A DNA stretch of 52,954 nucleotides from the NCBI GenBank assembly GCA_049970775.1, contig JBMFMH010000001.1, positions 7,118-60,071 of the forward strand. Direction: 5' to 3'. Origin of the DNA: a bacterium. GTDB taxonomy: Bacteria; Armatimonadota; JACIXR01. The notes below the pieces were generated by a model, which ran no database searches, was not told the DNA's origin, and was given only the letters and a program-made list of their open reading frames with translations. Below are positions 19,406 through 27,313 of the stretch, piece by piece. How positions within the stretch are numbered: the first letter of the stretch is position 1; every line of letters starts with the position of its first letter. Made by a program: the position numbers and the translations under genes.

Positions 19406-20044
19406 TTGATAAGGGAGGCGCTAACTCATCCCTCTATGAAGCAAGGGAGTGAGGATATCTCTTATGAGCGCCTTGAATTTCTCGGCGATGCCATTTTGGG
19501 TGCGATAATAGCGGAATACCTTTTCAGGGAGTACCCCGACCTTGATAGCGGGAAGCTCTCCCGAGCGAAGGCGCACTTTGTGAGCGAGGAGCGTCTCGCG
19601 GAGGTAGCAAGATATCTTCAGTTGGGAGAGCTTATTCAAATGAGTAAGGGAGAGGAGAAAGGAGGTGGAAGGGAGAAGAATTCCGTTTTGTCTGATGCGT
19701 TGGAGGCTTTCATAGGAGCGATTTATCTATTGGGAGGTTTGGCAAAGGCGCGACGATTCGTTATGCGTTCCTTTAAGCCGTTATTTAAAACGATAAAGAG
19801 GATATTTCTGAAGGATTATAAGAGTATCCTTCAGGAATATTTGCAAGGGAAAGGGAGGGGGCTTCCCCAATATCAAGTGGTTAAAACCGAGGGTCCTCCT
19901 CATGAGAGAATATTCACCGTTCAAGTGAAGATAGAAGGCGAGATATATGGAGAGGGAGTGGGAAGAAATAAAAAGGAGGCAAGTATGGCGGCGGCGAAAA
20001 TGGCCTTGAAAAAATTGGGTTTGAATTACAATAATTATGAGTGA
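19406..20044 (+). CDS. rnc: ribonuclease III
   Basis: ERLEFLGDAILG signature, ALEAFIGAIY, and a C-terminal dsRBD (GPPHERIFTVQV...GRNKKEASMAAAKMAL). The first canonical start is TTG 19406, but homology seems to extend upstream (see findings). Confidence 0.9.
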   Translation: MIREALTHPSMKQGSEDISYERLEFLGDAILGAIIAEYLFREYPDLDSGKLSRAKAHFVSEERLAEVARYLQLGELIQMSKGEEKGGGREKNSVLSDALEAFIGAIYLLGGLAKARRFVMRSFKPLFKTIKRIFLKDYKSILQEYLQGKGRGLPQYQVVKTEGPPHERIFTVQVKIEGEIYGEGVGRNKKEASMAAAKMALKKLGLNYNNYE

Positions 20045-20336
20045 GGAGTTGGAGTTCCTCTTATATTCAAGGAAAAGATTAGTGGAAAGGGAGAAAGAGT
20101 TGGAGAACCTTCTTCGTTCGGAGGTGGAAAGGCTACGCAGGGAGATAGAGGTCGTCCTGCGTTTAACGGGTGAGGAAGAAGATGGGATGGAGGGTAAAGT
20201 TGAGGGGCGATTGAGAGAGATTTTGAGAAATCATCCAAAGGGGGAGAGAGCAAGGGAGATAGCACGAGAAATAGAAAAAATCAGACAGAAACTACGAGGA
20301 ATAGAGCGAATCCTGGATACGGAGAGTAAGAGGTGA
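20037..20336 (+). CDS. highly charged 99-aa coiled-coil protein, unknown function
   Basis: The ATG overlaps the rnc stop (ATGAGTGA). Rich in E/R/K. The segment LREILRNHPKGERAREIAREI resembles a helix-turn-helix. Confidence 0.5.
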   Translation: MSEELEFLLYSRKRLVEREKELENLLRSEVERLRREIEVVLRLTGEEEDGMEGKVEGRLREILRNHPKGERAREIAREIEKIRQKLRGIERILDTESKR

Positions 20337-20343
20337 TTAAGCG

Positions 20344-21168
20344 ATGGATATCGGTATTTTGAGCCTTTCTTTTTCCTTTAAAGGTTATACATTTGATGAG
20401 TTTCTTCTGTCTGCGAAGGAAATCGGCTTTAAAGTTTATGAGCTTACTACCGCCCCTGGTGCCCATAAGGGGACGCTAAGATTTGACGAGGAAGGGATAG
20501 AGGAGATAAGGAGGAAATCAGCCGAGAACGGTTTAAATATATGGGCGCTTGGAGGATATACTAATTTTGTTAAGAAAGACAGTAAAGAATTTGAGGAGGA
20601 AATCAAAAAGGTAATAGGTTATCTTGAAATCGCTGAAAAGCTGGGAGCGAAGGTAATAAGGGTTTTCGGTGGTGAGCCCCATCCCGATATACCGGAGAGC
20701 CAGTATCCTGAACTCATAGCTAAGGGATTGAAGGAATGCGCCAGCGAGGCGGAAAGGCGTGGCATTTATCTCGGAATGGAAAACCACGGCTATATCACTA
20801 ATGATGCTGAATTGGAGATAAGGATACTGGAAAAAGTGGGTTCGCCATTCGTCAGATTGACCGTTGATACCTCTAATTATTACTGGTATGGACATTCTCT
20901 CGCAACGATTGAAAGGTTCTACAAACTCGTTGCTCCCTATTGTGTTCATACCCACTTAAAGGATGGTAGCCAAAAGAAGGGGGCAAGGGATAAGTATATA
21001 TCCCTCGCTTTGGGAGAAGGTGAACTTCCCTTGGAGCTCTTCTTGGATGAGCTTCTCCGCTCTGGATATGATGGTCCCCTTTGCATTGAATATGAAGGCG
21101 AAGAGGATGCGAGGATTGGGGCGAGGAAAGGCTACGAGTATCTGAAAAATTATCTTGCGAGGAGATAG
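20344..21168 (+). CDS. sugar phosphate isomerase/epimerase (xylose isomerase-like TIM barrel)
   Basis: 274 aa. Pattern typical of AP endonuclease 2 / xylose-isomerase-like TIM proteins (LGAKVIRVFGG, YLGMENHG, HTHLKDG, CIEYEGEED). Confidence 0.75.
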   Translation: MDIGILSLSFSFKGYTFDEFLLSAKEIGFKVYELTTAPGAHKGTLRFDEEGIEEIRRKSAENGLNIWALGGYTNFVKKDSKEFEEEIKKVIGYLEIAEKLGAKVIRVFGGEPHPDIPESQYPELIAKGLKECASEAERRGIYLGMENHGYITNDAELEIRILEKVGSPFVRLTVDTSNYYWYGHSLATIERFYKLVAPYCVHTHLKDGSQKKGARDKYISLALGEGELPLELFLDELLRSGYDGPLCIEYEGEEDARIGARKGYEYLKNYLARR

Positions 21169-21171
21169 CAA

Positions 21172-22029
21172 GTGGCTAAAATAACAATCAGGACGATAAA
21201 GGAAAAGAAGCTAAAAGGGGAGAAAATAACTGCCCTTACCGCATACGATTACCCCACCGCTAAAATACTTGATTCTATGGGAATAGACATAATCCTTGTT
21301 GGTGATTCCCTTGGCAATGTCGTGCTTGGTTACGAGAGCACTTTGCCCGTTACTATGGAGGAAATGCTTCATCATACGAGAGCAGTGAAAAGGGGGATAA
21401 AGAATGCTCTATTGGTAGGGGATATGCCCTTTCTTTCCTATCAGCAAAGTATTGAGGAGGGCATAAGGAATGCGGGATTGTTCATTAAGGCTGGTGCGGA
21501 GGCGGTGAAGATAGAAGGGGGAAGGCAGTTCATCCCCTTGGTGGAGAAATTGACCCAATCGGGAATCCCCGTGATGGGGCATATCGGTTTAACCCCCCAA
21601 TGGATTCACAGCTTTGGTGGTTATCGTATTCAGGGACGCACGGCAAGGGATGCTCTAACTCTTTTGGAGGATGCGGTTCTTTTGGAGGAAGCGGGAATCT
21701 TCTCGCTTGTTCTTGAAGGTGTTCCTGTTCAGCTGGCTAAACTTATAACGGAGAATGTTTCTATCCCAACGATTGGAATTGGAGCTGGTCCTTATTGCGA
21801 TGGACAAATCCTCGTCTTTCACGACCTTTTCGGGCTTGGTGATTATATCCCCAAACATGCGAAAGTCATCGTTGATTTAAAGGAAATCATCTCAGAGGGA
21901 GTGAGGAAGTATATTGAAGAGGTTAATAGCGGCGTTTTTCCGGCTGAGGGGAATTCCGTTTTTATGGATGAAGCGGAGGAGGAAGTCCTAAGAAAGGAGT
22001 GGTCAAAACGGAAATCGTCCGGGAAATAA
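21172..22029 (+). CDS. panB: 3-methyl-2-oxobutanoate hydroxymethyltransferase
   Basis: [39 protein letters not shown] start. Confidence 0.94.
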   Translation: MAKITIRTIKEKKLKGEKITALTAYDYPTAKILDSMGIDIILVGDSLGNVVLGYESTLPVTMEEMLHHTRAVKRGIKNALLVGDMPFLSYQQSIEEGIRNAGLFIKAGAEAVKIEGGRQFIPLVEKLTQSGIPVMGHIGLTPQWIHSFGGYRIQGRTARDALTLLEDAVLLEEAGIFSLVLEGVPVQLAKLITENVSIPTIGIGAGPYCDGQILVFHDLFGLGDYIPKHAKVIVDLKEIISEGVRKYIEEVNSGVFPAEGNSVFMDEAEEEVLRKEWSKRKSSGK

Positions 22030-22865
22030 ATAGGATGAAAGAGATAAGCAGGAAGGCAAGGGAGGAGGGCAAGATAATCGGTTTCGTGCCCACGATGGGT
22101 TATTTCCACGAGGGGCATCTCTCTTTGGTGAGGAAAGCGAGGGAGGAATGCGACATCGTTGTGGTTAGCCTCTTCGTCAATCCGATTCAATTTGGTCCGC
22201 AAGAGGATTACCATAGCTATCCTCGGGATGAGGAACGGGATGCGGAAATGGCGCGAGATGTTGGTGTGGATGTTCTTTTTATACCATCAGCTTCCGAGAT
22301 GTATCCCGATGGTTACTCAACCTATGTAGAGGTTCAAGGATTGACTGAGGGGCTTTGCGGTAGATTTAGACCGGGACATTTCCGAGGCGTTACCACTGTT
22401 GTTTTGAAGCTCTTCAACATCGTAAATCCCCAAAGGGCATACTTCGGCGAGAAGGATTATCAGCAGCTCAAGGTCATAGAGAAAATGACGAGAGACCTTA
22501 ATCTTGACATCCAGATAGTTCCTTGTCCGACTGTAAGGGAAGAGGATGGTCTTGCGATGAGCTCCCGCAATGCATACCTTTCGCAAGAGGAAAGAAAGGC
22601 AGCCACGGTAATTTACAGGTCTTTGTTGGAGGCGAAAAGGCTTTATGAAGAAGGGGAAAGGAACGCAAGAAAGATAGAGCAGATAGTGGAAAAAAATTTG
22701 CGAGGCGAGAAATTGGTGAAAAAGATAGATTATGTTGAGGTCGTCCACCCGGAGACATTGGAAGAGCTGGAAACGATTGGAGAGGAAGGAGCTGTATTAG
22801 CGGTAGCTTTATGGATAGGAAAAGCGAGACTAATAGACAACATTAAACTAAAAAAGGAGGTATAG
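21999..22865 (+). CDS. panC: pantoate--beta-alanine ligase
   Basis: [17 protein letters not shown] (HxGH), [13 protein letters not shown]. The GTG 21999 start gives an N-terminal length typical of PanC and overlaps the panB 3' end by 31 nt. Confidence 0.93.
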   Translation: MVKTEIVREINRMKEISRKAREEGKIIGFVPTMGYFHEGHLSLVRKAREECDIVVVSLFVNPIQFGPQEDYHSYPRDEERDAEMARDVGVDVLFIPSASEMYPDGYSTYVEVQGLTEGLCGRFRPGHFRGVTTVVLKLFNIVNPQRAYFGEKDYQQLKVIEKMTRDLNLDIQIVPCPTVREEDGLAMSSRNAYLSQEERKAATVIYRSLLEAKRLYEEGERNARKIEQIVEKNLRGEKLVKKIDYVEVVHPETLEELETIGEEGAVLAVALWIGKARLIDNIKLKKEV

Positions 22866-22867
22866 AG

Positions 22868-23356
22868 ATGGAGAATCGTCCGTTGCGCAAATCCTGGAGA
22901 GAAAAGCTCCACGAGGAAAGAGACCTGCCGAAAGTCGTTGAGGTCCCCGAGCATATGATTGGTAAATGGGGATTGAAGCCCGGGGATACACTTTTGATTC
23001 CTTCCCCTTTGGACATAGACGAGGTTATGCGGAGTGTTCCGGAGGGGAAACTTATAACGATTGACCAAATAAGGGAAGTTTTAGCTAGGAAATACGGGGC
23101 AACCATTTGTTGCCCAGTCACAACGGGGATTTTCGTGCTAATGGTGGCAAAGGCAGCTGCCGAGGCGGAAAGAGAGGGTGAAAATAATATCACGCCCTAT
23201 TGGCGAACCTTGAAGTCAAAGGGTGCGGTGAATGAAAAATATCCAGGTGGAGCTGAGCTCCAGAAAAAGCTCCTTGAAGCGGAAGGGCACAGGTTAATTA
23301 AGAGGGGCTATAAGTATGTCGTTGTGGATTATGAAAGTAAACTTGTAGAACTGTGA
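22868..23356 (+). CDS. MGMT-family DNA-binding-domain protein lacking the catalytic Cys (alkyltransferase-like)
   Basis: 162 aa. The C-terminal region aligns by eye to the O6-alkylguanine transferase DNA-binding domain, but PYWRTL replaces the PCHRV active site. It ends with LLEAEGH. Confidence 0.6.
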   Translation: MENRPLRKSWREKLHEERDLPKVVEVPEHMIGKWGLKPGDTLLIPSPLDIDEVMRSVPEGKLITIDQIREVLARKYGATICCPVTTGIFVLMVAKAAAEAEREGENNITPYWRTLKSKGAVNEKYPGGAELQKKLLEAEGHRLIKRGYKYVVVDYESKLVEL

Positions 23357-24195
23357 AGCCTTCGCCTCCCGCTCCCTTCATAATTGAGAAGATAGTGCGT
23401 TCCGCTTTGGAGGAGGATATCGGGTGGCGGGACCTCACCTCCTCCATATTGGATGATGTTGATGCTATCGGGAGGATTTCCGCTAAGGAGGAAGGGGTCC
23501 TCTGTGGCATTACTATTGCCGAGGAGGTTTTCCGCTTCCTTGAGGAGGATTGCCTGTTTAATAGCTTTCTTAACGATGGAGAGGCTTTTGCCCCGGGCTC
23601 TTTAATCGCTGAAGTAAGGGGAAAGGCGAAAGCCATCCTTGGTGGAGAAAGGGTAGCTCTTAATTTCCTTCAGCACCTCTCCGGCATTGCTACCCTCACG
23701 AGAGAATTCGTTGAGAGGATAAAGGGCACGAAGGCGAAAATATTAGCTACAAGGAAAACGATTCCCCTTATGAGGGCTTTGGAGAAGTATGCTGTTGAGG
23801 TGGGTGGCGGTTATTCCCATCGCTTCGCCCTTTACGATGGAATTCTTATAAAAGATAATCATATCGCGATTTTGGGTGATATCGGTGAGGCTGTGAGGAG
23901 GGCGAAAGAGAGGTTTCCCTATCACAAAATAGAGATAGAAGTGGGTAGTGTAGATGAGGCAAGGGAAGCTGTGGAGGCGGGTGCGGATGTGGTTCTGCTT
24001 GATAATATGAGCTTGGAGGAGATAAGGGAAGTGGTGAGGATGGTTAAAGGGAAGGTGTTATTGGAGGTTTCGGGTGGGGTCTCGTTGGAGAATGTGAGGG
24101 AGATCGCGGGAATGGGAGTTGATTTCATATCAATCGGTGCTCTTACCCACTCAGCAAAAGCGATAGATATCCATATGGAGGTTGAGAAGATATGA
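23353..24195 (+). CDS. nadC: nicotinate-nucleotide pyrophosphorylase (carboxylating)
   Basis: 280 aa. Motifs ERVALNFLQHLSGIAT, ATRKT(I)PLMR, IKDNHI, LLDNM and EVSGG. GTGA overlap with the upstream gene. Confidence 0.92.
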   Translation: MKPSPPAPFIIEKIVRSALEEDIGWRDLTSSILDDVDAIGRISAKEEGVLCGITIAEEVFRFLEEDCLFNSFLNDGEAFAPGSLIAEVRGKAKAILGGERVALNFLQHLSGIATLTREFVERIKGTKAKILATRKTIPLMRALEKYAVEVGGGYSHRFALYDGILIKDNHIAILGDIGEAVRRAKERFPYHKIEIEVGSVDEAREAVEAGADVVLLDNMSLEEIREVVRMVKGKVLLEVSGGVSLENVREIAGMGVDFISIGALTHSAKAIDIHMEVEKI

Positions 24196-24743
24196 GGATA
24201 TTAGCGAGGACAAAAGAAGAGGTTTTTGTAAAGAAATTTTCTCTCGCCCTGCTCTTTATGTTCGCTACTGGGTTAGGGGCTCAATTGAGAATTTCCCTCC
24301 CATTTACCCCCGTTCCCATCACTTTCCAGACATTCTTTGTCCTATCCTCTGGCGCGGTACTCGGACCTTTCTGGGGATTGATTAGCCAAATCCTTTATAT
24401 CTTTTTCGGAAGTTTAGGTTTTCCTTACTTCTCAGGATGGTCAGCTGGTTTGAGAACACTCATTGGACCAACTGGCGGATACATAATAGGCTTTGCTGTA
24501 GCGAGTTATCTCGTTGGCAAACTAACGGAAAAGGAGCTGAAATTAAAAAGGCTTTATTTAGCTATGGTTTTAGGGGAAGTCGTGATTCTGCTCTCCGGTT
24601 TTCTCTGGTTGGGAATATCCCTTTCCCTTACACCCTATCAAGCCTTTCTCAAAGGTGTTCTACCTTTCCTCCCGGGAGATGCAATGAAGATACTCGCCGG
24701 TGGGTTATTCTCTCTCTCCATTTCCCGTTGGACGAGGAATTGA
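24192..24743 (+). CDS. bioY: biotin transporter BioY (ECF S component)
   Basis: 183 aa, polytopic membrane protein. TFQTFFVLLSGAVLGP-type motif and GPTGGYIIGF. Adjacent to birA. Confidence 0.88.
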   Translation: MRILARTKEEVFVKKFSLALLFMFATGLGAQLRISLPFTPVPITFQTFFVLSSGAVLGPFWGLISQILYIFFGSLGFPYFSGWSAGLRTLIGPTGGYIIGFAVASYLVGKLTEKELKLKRLYLAMVLGEVVILLSGFLWLGISLSLTPYQAFLKGVLPFLPGDAMKILAGGLFSLSISRWTRN

Positions 24744-25504
24744 GGCTTAAACCAATCGGCAAGCAAATAATTCACTTTGAAGCTATCCAATCAACGCAGG
24801 ATGTAGCTATCGCAGAAGCAAGGCAAGGAAAAGAGGAGGGCATAGTATTTTGGGCTGATGAGCAAAAGAAGGGTAGGGGGCGTTGGGGACGAAGCTGGTT
24901 TTCCCTTCCCTCTAAATGCTTGTTGTTTTCCTTTATATTGCGCCCCAAAACGCCAGCGAAATTTATTTCCTATTTATCCCTTTTTCCCGCTCTCGCTTGC
25001 TCCTTCGCTATCGAGAGATATGGAGTAAGATGTCTGCTTAAATGGCCGAATGATATTTTAATAGAGGGGAAAAAGGCGGGAGGAATATTGGTGGAAACAG
25101 AAGTAGTAGGCGATAGGATAGAATGGGCTGTTGTGGGAATCGGAATAAATGTAAATTTGGTGGAGGAAGAGTTTCCAGCGGAGTTGAGGGCAACCGCCAC
25201 ATCCCTCCGCATCGTTTTGGGAAAAATGCTTGACATTGAAGGGCTTTTAAAGGATATATTAAGAGAATTAAACGAGTGGTATGAAATTTGTTTTTCTGAG
25301 GAAGGGAGGGAGAAGATAAGAGAGGAATGGGAGAAGAGGGATTTTCTGCGTGGCAAGGAGATAGAGGTGGGATTTGCCAATGGTGGGAAGTTGAAAGGGA
25401 TAGCGGATGGGATAGATGAGATGGGTTATTTGAGGGTTAGGGTGGGCGAGGGGAAAATCGTCCTTGTTTCAACAGGCGAAGTATATCTATTGGAAAAAAT
25501 TTAA
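24740..25504 (+). CDS. birA: biotin--[acetyl-CoA-carboxylase] ligase, class I (no N-terminal HTH)
   Basis: QKKGRGRWGRSW (GRGRxGRxW), KWPNDIL and GGILVE motifs. TTG at 24740 (or 24728) overlaps the bioY stop. The tracked start at 24437 lies inside bioY in another frame. Confidence 0.88.
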   Translation: MRLKPIGKQIIHFEAIQSTQDVAIAEARQGKEEGIVFWADEQKKGRGRWGRSWFSLPSKCLLFSFILRPKTPAKFISYLSLFPALACSFAIERYGVRCLLKWPNDILIEGKKAGGILVETEVVGDRIEWAVVGIGINVNLVEEEFPAELRATATSLRIVLGKMLDIEGLLKDILRELNEWYEICFSEEGREKIREEWEKRDFLRGKEIEVGFANGGKLKGIADGIDEMGYLRVRVGEGKIVLVSTGEVYLLEKI

Positions 25505-25521
25505 AAGAGGAGGTTGAAAAT

Positions 25522-26508
25522 ATGCATAAAATAGGTTTTATCGGTTGTGGAGGCATAGCCAATGCCCATGCCCGTGCCCTCTCTTCTTTGAAGGGTAGGG
25601 TTGAGATGGTTGCTTTCTGCGATATTGAAGAGGAGCGAGCAAGGTGGTTCTCCCAGACTTATAGTGGTGGCAAAGCGGAGGTTTTCACCGAGTATAGGGA
25701 GATGTTGGACAAGGTGAAGTTGGATATAGTTTATATTTGCCTTCCCCCTTTCGCTCATCGGGACGAGGTTGAAATCGCCGCAGAAAAAGGAATCCATATC
25801 TTCATAGAGAAGCCGATTGCTTTGGATATGGAGACGGCAAATAGGATGGTAAAGGCTGTTGAGAAAAGCAAGGTGAAGTCACAGGTGGGGTTTATGTTTC
25901 GCTTTGGCGATGCGGTTGAGGAGGTTAGAGGAATGCTTTCCTCTTATGGTCCAGTTGGGTTGATGATGGGAAGATATATGTGCAACTCCCTTCATTCCCC
26001 CTGGTGGAGGGATAAATCAAGGAGTGGAGGGCAGATAGTTGAGCAGATTATACACATTTTTGACCTCATCCGTTACTTTATGGGCGAGCCGAAGCTTGTT
26101 TTCACGAGATGGAACAATATTTTTCACAGGGATATCCCAGATTATACCGTTGAGGATGTAAGCGGGACGGTTATAGTATTCAAGGAAGGAGGGATTGCCA
26201 CGGTATCGGCGACGAATGGAGCAATACCTGGGAAGTGGATAGCTCAGCTTGACCTGATAGCAAAAGGGATAACCGCAAATTTCATTGATGCGAATAATGC
26301 GATAGTTTATCAGACTTCCAATCCTTGGGAGAAGAAGATGGAGATTTCATCCAATAAAGATATTTATTTGGCTGAGACATTGGATTTGCTTGATGCGATT
26401 GAGAAAGATAGGGAGACGAGGGTTCCGATGATAGAAGGGGCAAAGAGCCTCCAGCTTGTTTTGAGCGCCGCAGCTTCAGCGGAGAAGGGCGAGATAGTGG
26501 AGCTATGA
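25522..26508 (+). CDS. Gfo/Idh/MocA family oxidoreductase
   Basis: N-terminal Rossmann motif IGFIGCGGIANAH and EKP motif (IFIEKPIA). AGAGGAGG SD. Confidence 0.85.
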   Translation: MHKIGFIGCGGIANAHARALSSLKGRVEMVAFCDIEEERARWFSQTYSGGKAEVFTEYREMLDKVKLDIVYICLPPFAHRDEVEIAAEKGIHIFIEKPIALDMETANRMVKAVEKSKVKSQVGFMFRFGDAVEEVRGMLSSYGPVGLMMGRYMCNSLHSPWWRDKSRSGGQIVEQIIHIFDLIRYFMGEPKLVFTRWNNIFHRDIPDYTVEDVSGTVIVFKEGGIATVSATNGAIPGKWIAQLDLIAKGITANFIDANNAIVYQTSNPWEKKMEISSNKDIYLAETLDLLDAIEKDRETRVPMIEGAKSLQLVLSAAASAEKGEIVEL

Positions 26509-26536
26509 GGAAAAGGGGGAAATAAAGATAAAGGTT

Positions 26537-27304
26537 TTGGCTATCTGCGGTTCGCCTCATATTGAGGGATTCTCACCCAGCCTCCTCAAATCAGCAGCGG
26601 AGGGAACAAGGGAAGCGGGAGCGGATGTTGAAGTGGTCATTTTGGGAGAGAAAAGAATCAAATCCTGTTTAGCTTGTCCAAATCCACCTTGCTGGACCTC
26701 TATGAATTGCAACATAAAAGATGATGACGGGCTTCTTTTAAGAAAGTTGTTCAATGAATGCGATGCCCTGATTATCTCCGCTCCCGTCTATTTCCTCACG
26801 ATAAACGGATTAACGAAGGATTTCCTTGACAGGATGAGGCATTATGGAGCTAATGGAAAGCCTGCTTTCCCTATTTCAGCGGCGGGAGGGACGGGGAAAG
26901 GCTGCGTTAAAGCTCTGCAGGACCTCTCTGTTTCCCTTACTATTTTCGGCTTCAGGGTAGTTATGCCGTTGCCAGCAACCCGCTATAATGCGGAAGAAGC
27001 TCTTGCTGAAGCGAGGAAAAGGGGGAAGAGATTGGTTGAGGAATACGGTGAGAAGAAGCCCTTCGCTAATTTAGCGGATGGTTATGCGTGGCTTTATTCT
27101 CAGCCCTATATGGATTGGGATTTGATTGACGAGCTTTTGTATTTAACAAGAATAGCTATAGAGGGAATTAGGAAGAAGGGAAGAGAGGATTTAGCATCTC
27201 AATTCGTTGAGGAGCTTTCGGCGCTTGAGAAAAATCCCGAAAATATAGTTGAGCGTATCGCTTCCCTTCACGAGAGGACGATGCAAGTTTTCAATACCGT
27301 TTAA
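26537..27304 (+). CDS. flavodoxin-fold NAD(P)H-dependent FMN reductase / iron-sulfur flavoprotein-like
   Basis: ICGSP...SCLACPNPPCWTSMNC compact Cys cluster and APVYF motif. TTG is the only canonical start in the open frame. Confidence 0.65.
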   Translation: MAICGSPHIEGFSPSLLKSAAEGTREAGADVEVVILGEKRIKSCLACPNPPCWTSMNCNIKDDDGLLLRKLFNECDALIISAPVYFLTINGLTKDFLDRMRHYGANGKPAFPISAAGGTGKGCVKALQDLSVSLTIFGFRVVMPLPATRYNAEEALAEARKRGKRLVEEYGEKKPFANLADGYAWLYSQPYMDWDLIDELLYLTRIAIEGIRKKGREDLASQFVEELSALEKNPENIVERIASLHERTMQVFNTV

Positions 27305-27313
27305 TTTTACCTC

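Noticed and set aside
24437-24739. N-terminal roughly 100-aa extension of the tracked birA ORF
   Set aside because: It lies entirely inside bioY in another frame. BirA homology begins only at about LRLKPIGKQ, and TTG starts at 24728 and 24740 sit at the bioY stop.
27305-27313. Possible replication terminus or dif site at the orientation switch (also checked in 33289-33465)
   Set aside because: No 28-bp XerCD-type palindrome of the form CATAAT-N6-ATTATG is present. TGTAttatTACA at 33391-33402 is too short and overlaps a promoter. A single strand switch in 53 kb is not sufficient evidence.
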